Shown here piece by piece: positions 1 to 8,174 of a stretch of DNA of 64,000 nucleotides (position 1 is its first letter; every line of letters begins with the position of its first letter). Under the pieces are notes generated by a model. It was not told the DNA's origin, did no database searches, and saw only the letters and a program-made list of their open reading frames with translations. A program made the position numbers and the translations under genes. The stretch lies in assembly GCA_002692855.1 (NCBI GenBank), contig NZMJ01000046.1, positions 45,838 to 109,837 on the forward strand, read 5' to 3'. The DNA comes from Maricaulis sp. (lineage in GTDB: Bacteria > Pseudomonadota > Alphaproteobacteria > Caulobacterales > Maricaulaceae).

Positions 1-1
1 C

Positions 2-436
2 CCGGTCTATCCCGAGAAGCTATGGGAGCCTTATCGCTCTCGCCGTTTCGAGATGGGCGAACAGATGTATGCCCTTCTCGGCATTCCGCGCGAGGACAAG
101 GGCGCGCGCCTCGAACACCTGCTTCGCAACTTCGACTTCTTCGGCGCGCCGGTCGGGCTGTTCTTCGTCATCGAAAAGGCCATGAACCCGAACCAGTGGG
201 CGCATCTTGGCATGTTCATGCTGGCGGTTTCGCTCGCCGCCGAGGAGGCCGGCCTTGCCACCTGCATGCAGGAGGCCTGGACCCGCTTTTCCGGGACAAT
301 CGGCACCGCACTCGGCCTCCCCGAAACCGAACAGGTCTATTGCGGCATGGCACTCGGCTATGCCGATCCCGCCGCGCCGGTGAACCAATTGCGGTCGCAA
401 CGCGCTGATCTTTCAGCTATTTCAGTTTTCCATTAA
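2..436 (+). CDS. Nitroreductase family protein (5'-truncated by window edge)
   Basis: Frame open from base 2 (PVYPEKLWEPYRSRRFEMGEQMY...); NFDFFGAPVGLFF, LGMFMLAVSLAAEEAGLATCMQEAW and CGMALGYAD are typical nitroreductase segments. Confidence 0.85.
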   Translation, partial: PVYPEKLWEPYRSRRFEMGEQMYALLGIPREDKGARLEHLLRNFDFFGAPVGLFFVIEKAMNPNQWAHLGMFMLAVSLAAEEAGLATCMQEAWTRFSGTIGTALGLPETEQVYCGMALGYADPAAPVNQLRSQRADLSAISVFH

Positions 437-505
437 ATTTTTTTTAGAATACCACTGGAAATTGTCCCTGAGCGCTTCATATCGCCTGCTTAGCGACGAC
501 GGGAC

Positions 506-1783
506 TTGGACATGCTGACGACCAATTCGGCCGATGTGCTTCACCGGCTGGAGCGCAAGCTCCAGGGCCGGTCGAACGTGGATCTCGGCCAGTTTCAGCT
601 GATCAATCTCGATGTCGTCCGCGAGGGTGCGGGCGCTCAGTGGGACAAGCTGAGAAACAAGATCGTCGATGTCAGCGCGCACTTCATCGAGAAGCGCATT
701 TCGGCGGACGACATTCTCCTGCGATATGGTGACGGCTTCCTCGTGGTGTTCGACGCCCTTGATGCGGAAGCCTCGGTGGCGCGCACCGAGGCCATATCCA
801 CCGAGCTCAACATCTTTTTTCTCGGCGACGAATTGCTGCGTTCGCTGAATGTCCAGTCGACCGCCCACCGCCTCGACGCGAAGCAGTTCTCGCAAATGCT
901 GGGGGGCAGTCCACCTGCCGAAGTCCCGGCAAATGACGCGAAGGAAGCGTCAGATGGCGATGAGGACGACAATCCCGCACTGGGCAAACGCCTCGACAGG
1001 CCCGGGACCGGCGGCCGCGAACCGCCTTACCGCTTCCTCTACCGTCCGGTCTGGGACAGCGCACATAACGCGGTGACCGCGCAGATTTGCGTGCCTCGTC
1101 TCGAAGAGAAGCGAACCGGCCGGGTCTTCGAAGGCAGAGATGTCCTGCGCGGTCATGACTCGCCGAAAGAGCATCTCGAACTGGATCTCGCGATCGCCCA
1201 CAAGGCGATGGAAGATTTCCTTGAGGCACACAACGACAATCGGCGCCTCGCCTTGTGCCTGACGGTCGGCGTCCCGGCCATGATCACGCTCTCGACCCGG
1301 GTGAAGTATTTTGAAGCCCTCTCGGCCATTCCGGAAGAACTGCGGCGCTATTTCGTTTTGATCCTGGAAGGCGTCACGGCAGGAACGCCGGCCGGTGCGA
1401 TTCAGGAAATCATGCGCACGCTGCGCAGCTTCTGCCCGAATATCGCTGTTCACCTGCCGATCCGCACGGGCGGGCTTGACCGCTTCTCCGGGTGCCGGAC
1501 GATGATGTTCGCGGCGATCGCCACCGATTCGGCCATGGTCTCTGCGGCTGTCCGGTCGCCCAATGCGCCCTTGTCGCTTTACCTCGACGGCGTGAAAAAA
1601 CTGCACAGCGCGTCCTGTCTTGGCGGATTGTCCAGTGGCGAAGCGGTGGAGGATGCCATCGCACTCGGCGCACGCTTCCTCACCGGCACAGCAATCGCCG
1701 ACGACATCGACCACCCTGTCCCGCCCTACGTCCTGACGCTCGACGATGTTCGCGAGCGCAGTGCAGGCACTCACCTGGTCTAG
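506..1783 (+). CDS. Hypothetical protein with degenerate GGDEF-like N-terminal and EAL-like C-terminal regions
   Basis: 425-aa ORF with TTG start; DDILLRYGDGFLVVF resembles a degenerate GGDEF loop; FLYRPVWD and LGARFLTG resemble the start and end of an EAL fold without catalytic residues. Confidence 0.55.
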   Translation: MDMLTTNSADVLHRLERKLQGRSNVDLGQFQLINLDVVREGAGAQWDKLRNKIVDVSAHFIEKRISADDILLRYGDGFLVVFDALDAEASVARTEAISTELNIFFLGDELLRSLNVQSTAHRLDAKQFSQMLGGSPPAEVPANDAKEASDGDEDDNPALGKRLDRPGTGGREPPYRFLYRPVWDSAHNAVTAQICVPRLEEKRTGRVFEGRDVLRGHDSPKEHLELDLAIAHKAMEDFLEAHNDNRRLALCLTVGVPAMITLSTRVKYFEALSAIPEELRRYFVLILEGVTAGTPAGAIQEIMRTLRSFCPNIAVHLPIRTGGLDRFSGCRTMMFAAIATDSAMVSAAVRSPNAPLSLYLDGVKKLHSASCLGGLSSGEAVEDAIALGARFLTGTAIADDIDHPVPPYVLTLDDVRERSAGTHLV

Positions 1784-1842
1784 CGCTTCCAATTCCGCCG
1801 GGCCGTGCTAACCCTGCCGTCACGCGCCGCAGGGAATTACGG

Positions 1843-2625
1843 ATGCAAGTCGCCACCTGGAATGTGAACTCGGTCAAGGCACGCCTTGAGAACGTCATCG
1901 ACTGGCTGCGCGAGGCCGCACCGGACGTGGTCTGCCTTCAGGAGATCAAGTGTCTCGACGAGAACTTCCCGCGCGAGGCCATCGAAGACCTCGGCTACAA
2001 TGTCGAAACGCATGGCCAGAAGACCTATAACGGCGTCGCCATCCTCTCGAAATTCCCGGTCGAGGAAACGCGCCGCGGCCTGCCCGGCAACGAGGATGAC
2101 GATCAGGCACGCTACATCGAGTGCGTGATTTCGCACGACAGTGGCCCCGTCCGCGTCGCCTCGATCTACTTGCCGAACGGAAATCCCGCGCCCGGCCCGA
2201 AACATGGTTACAAACTTGGCTGGATGCGGCATCTCAAACGCCACGCCGAAGCGTTGCTGGCCTTTGAGGAGCGTCTGGTCCTCGCCGGCGACTACAACAT
2301 CATCCCGCGCGACAGCGATGTGCATGATCCCGCCGCCTGGGAGGGTGATGCGTTGATCCGCCCCGAGAGCCGCGCCGCATTCCGCGAAATCCTCAATCTG
2401 GGCTTCACCGAGGCCTTCATGCAGGCCGACGGGCGCGGCCACCAGTACAGCTTCTGGGACTACCAGCGCGGCGCCTGGCAGAAGGATCACGGCATCCGGA
2501 TCGACCACTTGTTGCTCTCGCCGCAGGCCGCCGACCACCTCAAGGGCGTCGAAATCTGCAAGTCCGTGCGCGGCAAGGAAAAGGCCTCAGACCACGTTCC
2601 GGTCGTGGGGACATTTGAGTTTTAG
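1843..2625 (+). CDS. xth: Exodeoxyribonuclease III
   Basis: MQVATWNVNSV, DVVCLQEIK, YNGVAILS, GDYNI, GIRIDHLL, SDHVPV motifs. Confidence 0.95.
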   Translation: MQVATWNVNSVKARLENVIDWLREAAPDVVCLQEIKCLDENFPREAIEDLGYNVETHGQKTYNGVAILSKFPVEETRRGLPGNEDDDQARYIECVISHDSGPVRVASIYLPNGNPAPGPKHGYKLGWMRHLKRHAEALLAFEERLVLAGDYNIIPRDSDVHDPAAWEGDALIRPESRAAFREILNLGFTEAFMQADGRGHQYSFWDYQRGAWQKDHGIRIDHLLLSPQAADHLKGVEICKSVRGKEKASDHVPVVGTFEF

Positions 2626-2626
2626 G

Positions 2627-2695
2627 CGTCATTCCCGCGAAGGCGGGAATCCAGAAAGATCGTGAAACTGGACTCCCACCTTCGTGGGAGTGACG
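2627..2695. repeat. 69-bp REP/dRS3-like palindromic doublet, copy 1
   Basis: CGTC-ATTCCC-gcgaaggc-GGGAAT-CCAG, 13-nt spacer, CTGG-ACTCCC-accttcgt-GGGAGT-GACG; two inverted arms, each itself a hairpin. Confidence 0.85.
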
Positions 2696-2789
2696 GAGTC
2701 CCGGACCGGCTCCGCCGACGAGGGGCCGTCGAAACAAATTCTACTCAATGACACTCCCCGGTTTCGCGGAGCGAAGACCGGGGCCAGCA

Positions 2790-3032
2790 TCACGAAACCG
2801 CGCCGTCCTCCACACCCAGATCGTCCGCGTCCCGCTCATAGCCCAGAATGTCGGCCGGACTGCACTCCAGCACGTAGCAGAGCTTGGCGAGCGTCTCGAA
2901 GCGCACCCCCTTCACTTTGCCGGTCCGCAGAAGGCTCAGCTGGGTTTCCGACAGGCCGATCTCCTCGGCAACTTCGCGCGCCTTGCGCTTGCGCATAGCG
3001 AGGAGCACGTCGAGCGTCACCGTGACCGGCAT
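2790..3032 (-). CDS. Cro/C1-type HTH transcriptional regulator (YozG-like)
   Basis: LDVLLAMRK...EIGLSETQLSLLRTGKVKGVRFETLAKLCYVLECSPADIL. Confidence 0.9.
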   Translation of the reverse strand: MPVTVTLDVLLAMRKRKAREVAEEIGLSETQLSLLRTGKVKGVRFETLAKLCYVLECSPADILGYERDADDLGVEDGAVS

Positions 3033-3484
3033 CAGACGAATTCCTCGAGCCGGGCCTTTATCTGTTCAGCGCGTCTGGCGATGAAGAACATTGAGCCGCC
3101 AAGCACCGCAATCACGTAATTCGAGAATGAAGTGTCAAACCTGAGCCCGCGCATCTCAGAAAATCCATTCTCGGTCAGGTAGGCCAAACTCGGAACAAGT
3201 AGAATTTGTGCCCAGGCGCCAATCAGTAGCAAACCGCCGCTCCATTTCAGCGCGCGCAGAAGTTTCGGCCCAAACACGTCCCCTTCTGTCTCGTACGACA
3301 GCAATGCGCTGAGATAAAAAATGGCGGCGATATAGAACGCGCCGGGGAGGATGCTCACCGTTGAGGCAATGCCAAGGCGCTCCGGCAAATTGTCCACGAT
3401 GAACACGACCGCAATCGCGAGCGTGATGATGCGCTGAAGATTTGACGGGCTTGCGAGTCGAAAAGCAGCCATTGAGAGCTCCAC
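3032..3484 (-). CDS. DUF2975-like membrane protein
   Basis: About four hydrophobic helices, FGPKLLRALKWSG and C-terminal RAEQIKARLEEFV; stop overlaps the HTH start, as usual for this gene pair. Confidence 0.65.
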   Translation of the reverse strand: MELSMAAFRLASPSNLQRIITLAIAVVFIVDNLPERLGIASTVSILPGAFYIAAIFYLSALLSYETEGDVFGPKLLRALKWSGGLLLIGAWAQILLVPSLAYLTENGFSEMRGLRFDTSFSNYVIAVLGGSMFFIARRAEQIKARLEEFV

Positions 3485-3547
3485 ATATAAGGCTAATTTC
3501 TTTTTCTTAAAAACCTATTATTTTAATTCTTATATAAAGTCAATAGG
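3485..3547 (-). promoter_or_regulatory. AT-rich putative sigma70 promoter/operator of the DUF2975-HTH cassette
   Basis: Very AT-rich; minus-strand TTGACT followed by an AT-rich -10 region; CCTATT/AATAGG inverted pair. Confidence 0.4.
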
Positions 3548-3554
3548 CGTGCGG

Positions 3555-3623
3555 CGTCATCCCGACGAAAATCGGGATCCAGACAGTCGGTCGACTTGGA
3601 TTCCGGCGTACGCCGGAATGACG
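3555..3623. repeat. 69-bp REP/dRS3-like palindromic doublet, copy 2
   Basis: CGTC-ATCCCG-acgaaaat-CGGGAT-CCAG, 13-nt spacer, TTGG-ATTCCG-gcgtacgc-CGGAAT-GACG; same architecture and length as 2627-2695. Confidence 0.85.
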
Positions 3624-3627
3624 GTTT

Positions 3628-4614
3628 CTAGGAAACCGCGTCCCCTTCGCCCAGCGTGGCGGGACGGACCATCAGGTCGACGATCTCGGTGATGAGATCG
3701 ATCTCGTTAATGAGGTTGTCGAAACGCGCCCGGTCGTTGAGTGGTTTGAACAGCGAACCCGGCTCGAACAGGTTTCCGGTCTCCGTCGCGATCAGCAATT
3801 CACCGCCGCCCTGGCGCTCGTCGAATGCGGCGCGCACGCGCTTGCCCTTCAGCGAACTTTCCAGCGACAACAGCCGCTCCATGAAGGACGGGGTCAACAG
3901 GTAGCGGCTCATCACCTGGTCGGTCGAGAAGACCTCGAAAATCTTCTCGAATTTCGGGTCGACGAGGCCGACGCGCTCCAGCTTCTGGCCATTGATCCGC
4001 GCCTGGGACATCGCTGACAGGCCATTGAACCAGCCTGCATCGCGGGTCAGCACGGTGACGCCTTCAACGGTCCTCGGGAATTCGATCCGGATCAGCACGC
4101 CCTGGAACACGGTCACATAGGTGGTGTTCTTGCCCGACTGGCGGCGCTGGACCAGCTTGGCCTCGTAAAGTTCGAATGCCGAGCCATGCCGGTCACCGGA
4201 GAAATGGTCCTCGAAGCTGCGCTGGTTGTGGTTCGGAACCAGGCCCAGTTCGCAGAATTCGCCGAACCGCGCTGGTTGCTGCGGCTTCTTCGCATACCCA
4301 AGTCCGGCCGCCGACGCGATCTCGGTCAGAAGACCTTCCTTGATCTCGCCGTGCAGCTTCACCAGGGGATTGGCGCACAGATAGACGAAGAGCACGAACA
4401 GGGTAAATCCGCCGAACAGTGCCACCGGGTTGCCGTCCGTCATCGCCGTACCGGCGACGGTGCCGATCAGCGCCAGGATGGCGAGCGGCAGGAAGATGGC
4501 AAAGCGCGTGACCGCCTTCTTGCGGTCGTCTTCCCGCACATCGAGGAAAGGCAACAGCCGGTCATTCCACAGCGCGTCTGTATCGATCCCGAGCCGGTCT
4601 GCCGCTTGAGTCAT
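3628..4614 (-). CDS. DUF3137 family membrane protein
   Basis: Two N-terminal TM helices, FEDHFSG, VTVFQGVL, FEKIFEVFSTDQVMSRYLLTPSFMERL. Confidence 0.75.
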   Translation of the reverse strand: MTQAADRLGIDTDALWNDRLLPFLDVREDDRKKAVTRFAIFLPLAILALIGTVAGTAMTDGNPVALFGGFTLFVLFVYLCANPLVKLHGEIKEGLLTEIASAAGLGYAKKPQQPARFGEFCELGLVPNHNQRSFEDHFSGDRHGSAFELYEAKLVQRRQSGKNTTYVTVFQGVLIRIEFPRTVEGVTVLTRDAGWFNGLSAMSQARINGQKLERVGLVDPKFEKIFEVFSTDQVMSRYLLTPSFMERLLSLESSLKGKRVRAAFDERQGGGELLIATETGNLFEPGSLFKPLNDRARFDNLINEIDLITEIVDLMVRPATLGEGDAVS

Positions 4615-4676
4615 GACGAATCCTCCCGTTGTCAGGGGGACTTCACCCTACCGGTGACTTCGCGGCAATCCTCTGG

Positions 4677-7394
4677 TCAGGGGAGGCGCGATCGTGCGGC
4701 TTCAAGCGCATCTTTCTCGGCGGCGTATCCGGCGCGCTTGTCTTTCTCGCCTTCGACGACTTCGGGCGGCGCATTGGCGACGAATTTCTGGTTTCCGAGC
4801 TTGCGGTCGAGACGTTCGATTTCACCGGCCACGCGCGCGATTTCCTTATCGAGACGGGACTTCTCAGCACCAAAATCGATCACGCCTTCCAGCGGCAGGG
4901 CGACGGTGGCTTCCTCCACGACCGTCTGCGCCGAACCTTCGGGGATCGCGTCGCCCGCCGTGATGGACTCCAGCCGTGCGAGACGCACCAGCAGCGGACG
5001 CTGGCGTTCGATCCGCGCGCGTGTCTGCTCGGATGCGCCGGCCACGATGGCGTTCAGCTTGGCTTTCGGCGGGATGTTCATCTCCGCGCGCAGCTTCCGG
5101 ATCTCGGTGATCATGGTGATCACCCAGTTCATCTCGCCCTGCTCGGATCCGTCTGACACACGGACCGGCCGCGGCCATTCGGCGGTGATCAACAATCCGC
5201 CGCGTCCGCCCTCGCCCGCCGTTTCCGCCCACAGCTCTTCGGTGACGAAAGGCATGAAGGGGTGCAGGATTTTCAGTGCGATCTCGAGCACATGCGCGGT
5301 CGTCGCCTGGGTTTCGGCTTTCGCCGCGGCGTCGTCGCCCGACAGGAGCGGCTTGGCGAATTCCAGGTGCCAGTCGCAGAACACATTCCACACGAAGCGA
5401 TAGGCCGCGCCCGCCGCCTCGTTGAAGCGATAGGTTTCAAGCCCCTTCGCGACAGCCTCGGACGCCGCATAGGCCTCCTGAAGGATCCAGCGATTGCCGG
5501 TTTCCTTCACGTCAGCGGGATCGAAATCCGCGACCGGGCGGCAGTCATTCATCAGGCAGAAGCGTGCGGCATTCCACAGCTTCGTCCCGAAATTGCGATA
5601 GCCCTCGACCCGGTCCTTCGACATGCGGATGTCGCGCCCCTGCGCCGCCAGCGCGGTCAGGGTGAAGCGGACGGCATCGGCACCGAACTCGTCGACCAGT
5701 TCCAGCGGGTCGATCACATTGCCCTTGGATTTTGACATCTTCGCGCCGTGCTCGTCGCGCACCAGGGCGTGGATGTAGATGTCGTGGAACGGGATTTCGT
5801 CCATGAATTTCAGGCCCTGCATCATCATCCGGGCAACCCAGAAGAAGATGATGTCGAAGGCCGTGATCAGGACGCTGGTCGGGTAGAACCGCTTCAGCTC
5901 ATTGGTGTCATCCGGCCAGCCAAGCGTGGAGAACGGCCACAGCGCCGAAGAGAACCAGGTGTCGAGGACGTCCTCGTCCTGCACCAGTGTCTTGTCGCCT
6001 GCCTGGGCCTGCGCTTCGGCTTCGCTTTCGGCGACATAGATATTGCCGTCCGCGTCATACCACGCCGGAATCCGGTGGCCCCACCACAGCTGGCGCGAGA
6101 TGCACCAGGGCTGGATGTTGCGCATCCATTCAAAATAGGTCTTTTCCCAATTCTTCGGATGGAAACTCGTACGCCCGTCCTCGACCGCCGCGATGGCGTC
6201 CTTGGCCAGCACATCGGCCTTCACGAACCACTGGTCCGTCATCCACGGTTCGACCACCACGTTGGAGCGGTCCCCGAAGGGCTGATTGATCGTCTTGTCT
6301 TCGACGGCGGCGAGCAGACCCAGAGCCTCCATGCGCCGGACAATCTCCTCGCGCGCCTCGAAGCGCTCCATGCCGCGCATGTCGTCCGGAATGCGCTTCA
6401 GACCGCCGGTGCCGTCGTCCTTGCTCAGCAGGTGTGCCCGGCGATCAAGGATATTCACCTTGGGCAGGTCATTGCGCTCGCCGACCATGAAGTCGTTGAA
6501 GTCATGCGCAGGGGTGATCTTCACCGCGCCCGATCCCTGCTCGGGATCGGCATGTTCGTCGGCAACAATCGGAATCGCGACATTCGCGATCGGCAGACGG
6601 ATTTTCTTCCCGATCAGCCCCTTGTAGCGTTCGTCATCGGGATGCACCGCCACGGCGGTATCGCCCAGCATGGTTTCCGGGCGCGTCGTCGCAACGACGA
6701 TATGATCGCGGTCTTCCCATTCGGTCGGATGGCCATCCTCGTCGTGGGCAACCGGGAAGCGGAAGGTCGAGCCATCGGCCAACGGATAGCGGAAATGCCA
6801 GAAATGCCCCGGCACCTCACGGTTCTCGACCTCCAGGTCCGAGATCGCCGTCTCGAAATGAGGGTCCCAGTTCACCAGCCGCTTGTCGCGGTAGATCAGG
6901 CCCTGCTTGTGGAGCTCCACGAAGACTTTCAGGACCGCCTTCGACAGCCCCTCGTCCATGGTGAAGCGTTCGCGTGACCAGTCGCACGATGCGCCCAGGC
7001 GGCGCAGCTGCCCCAGGATCATGCCCCCGGATTCGTCCTTCCACTCCCAGACCTTGTCGATAAAGGCGTCGCGGCCCATCTCGCGGCGCGACATGTTGCC
7101 CGCTTCGGCCAGCTGGCGCTCGACCACCATCTGCGTGGCGATGCCCGCATGGTCGGTGCCCGGCTGCCACAGCACGGCCTTGCCCAGCATGCGGTTATAG
7201 CGGACCAGCACATCCTGCAGCGTGTTGTTCAGCGCGTGGCCGATATGCAGCCGTCCCGTGACGTTGGGTGGCGGAATGACGATGGAGAACGTCTCGGCGT
7301 TCGAATCATCTTTCGGCTGGAAAGCCCCGGCATCCTCCCACGCCTGGTACAGGCGCGGTTCGGCATCTTGCGGATTGAAATTCTTCTCGAGCAT
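4677..7394 (-). CDS. valS: Valine--tRNA ligase
   Basis: PPPNVTGRLHIGHAL (HIGH), GTDHAGIATQ, WCISRQLWWGH, KMSKS, C-terminal coiled coil. Confidence 0.98.
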   Translation of the reverse strand: MLEKNFNPQDAEPRLYQAWEDAGAFQPKDDSNAETFSIVIPPPNVTGRLHIGHALNNTLQDVLVRYNRMLGKAVLWQPGTDHAGIATQMVVERQLAEAGNMSRREMGRDAFIDKVWEWKDESGGMILGQLRRLGASCDWSRERFTMDEGLSKAVLKVFVELHKQGLIYRDKRLVNWDPHFETAISDLEVENREVPGHFWHFRYPLADGSTFRFPVAHDEDGHPTEWEDRDHIVVATTRPETMLGDTAVAVHPDDERYKGLIGKKIRLPIANVAIPIVADEHADPEQGSGAVKITPAHDFNDFMVGERNDLPKVNILDRRAHLLSKDDGTGGLKRIPDDMRGMERFEAREEIVRRMEALGLLAAVEDKTINQPFGDRSNVVVEPWMTDQWFVKADVLAKDAIAAVEDGRTSFHPKNWEKTYFEWMRNIQPWCISRQLWWGHRIPAWYDADGNIYVAESEAEAQAQAGDKTLVQDEDVLDTWFSSALWPFSTLGWPDDTNELKRFYPTSVLITAFDIIFFWVARMMMQGLKFMDEIPFHDIYIHALVRDEHGAKMSKSKGNVIDPLELVDEFGADAVRFTLTALAAQGRDIRMSKDRVEGYRNFGTKLWNAARFCLMNDCRPVADFDPADVKETGNRWILQEAYAASEAVAKGLETYRFNEAAGAAYRFVWNVFCDWHLEFAKPLLSGDDAAAKAETQATTAHVLEIALKILHPFMPFVTEELWAETAGEGGRGGLLITAEWPRPVRVSDGSEQGEMNWVITMITEIRKLRAEMNIPPKAKLNAIVAGASEQTRARIERQRPLLVRLARLESITAGDAIPEGSAQTVVEEATVALPLEGVIDFGAEKSRLDKEIARVAGEIERLDRKLGNQKFVANAPPEVVEGEKDKRAGYAAEKDALEAARSRLP

Positions 7395-7407
7395 GGCGCG
7401 CATACGT

Positions 7408-7436
7408 AAAGGGCGCCGACCATTCCGTCGACGCCC
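7408..7436 (-). terminator. Hairpin between popZ and valS (possible weak terminator)
   Basis: GGGCGTCGAC-ggaatg-GTCGGCGCCC followed by TTT on the minus strand. Confidence 0.4.
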
Positions 7437-7463
7437 GATTTCTCTTGATTGCAGGGTCGACGA

Positions 7464-8081
7464 TCAGCGTCTGCGGGAGACGCGGGCGATTTCGGCTTCG
7501 ACCTTTTCCTCGACGATGCGAGGCAGGTTCGTGTCGAGCCATTGCTTAAGCATCGGGCGCATCAGTTCGCGCACGATCGTTTCCAGCGTCGTGCCGTCAC
7601 CCGACCCGATGCGCAGGTTTTCATTGAGCGCGCTGAATGCACCGGCCGCAGCAGTCGCTGCTGACTGGTCGAGCAAGGCATCTTCATCGATGACCGGTTC
7701 GGGTGCCCGCGCGGGCTCGGGTGCCGCAGCAACCGGTTCAGGTTCGGGTTCGGGCTCGGGCGCGCTTGCGACAGGCTCGGGTTCCGGCTCGGGTTCCGGT
7801 TCGGGCGCCGGCATCTCGTCTTCTTCCCGGTCGACAATCATCAGATCGTCTTCAACCGACAGCGGCTCGGTGCCGGCTTCCGGCTCCTCGACCATGTCGG
7901 TCAGCTCGAGGACGTCATCCTCGGCTTCCGGTTCGGGTTCAGCTTCCGGCTCGGCCGCCGCCGCGGGAGCCTCTTCAGCAGCCGCCTCTTCAGCGGGCTG
8001 TTCATCCTCGTCGATGATCCGGCGGATGGACGCCAGGATTTCTTCCATCGTCGGTTCGGATTCGGTCGCTTCTTGAGCCAT
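7464..8081 (-). CDS. popZ: Polar organizing protein PopZ (DUF2497)
   Basis: N-terminal EPTMEEILASIRRII, acidic Pro/Glu-rich disordered linker, C-terminal LETIVRELMRPMLKQWLDTNLPRIVE; tolC-popZ-valS synteny. Confidence 0.93.
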   Translation of the reverse strand: MAQEATESEPTMEEILASIRRIIDEDEQPAEEAAAEEAPAAAAEPEAEPEPEAEDDVLELTDMVEEPEAGTEPLSVEDDLMIVDREEDEMPAPEPEPEPEPEPVASAPEPEPEPEPVAAAPEPARAPEPVIDEDALLDQSAATAAAGAFSALNENLRIGSGDGTTLETIVRELMRPMLKQWLDTNLPRIVEEKVEAEIARVSRRR

Positions 8082-8174
8082 GAAACCGCGAGTCCCCGCT
8101 GTGTCGCTTCGCCTGATACGCGAATAAATCCGCGTCGCGCCCGTCTGTCCAGCGCTAGAGCCTGATTCGTGACG

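Noticed and set aside
1492-1842. N-terminal extensions in the ORF track (xth from 1492, reductase from 22981, ABC ATPase from 37553, nadE from 21733)
   Set aside because: They overlap upstream genes, and family-typical starts lie downstream
2540-2737. 65-aa ORF containing WIPAFAGMT
   Set aside because: This is a translation of the palindromic repeat, not a gene
4186-6977. Long antisense ORFs (4186-5403 and 5748-6977; similarly 27371-28645, 30928-32445, 52850-54259, 54009-55328)
   Set aside because: Shadow frames of well-supported genes caused by high-GC codon bias, with no motifs of their own
7703-7960. Short tandem repeats as a CRISPR array or mobile repeat
   Set aside because: They encode the Pro/Glu linker of PopZ and have no repeat-spacer structure
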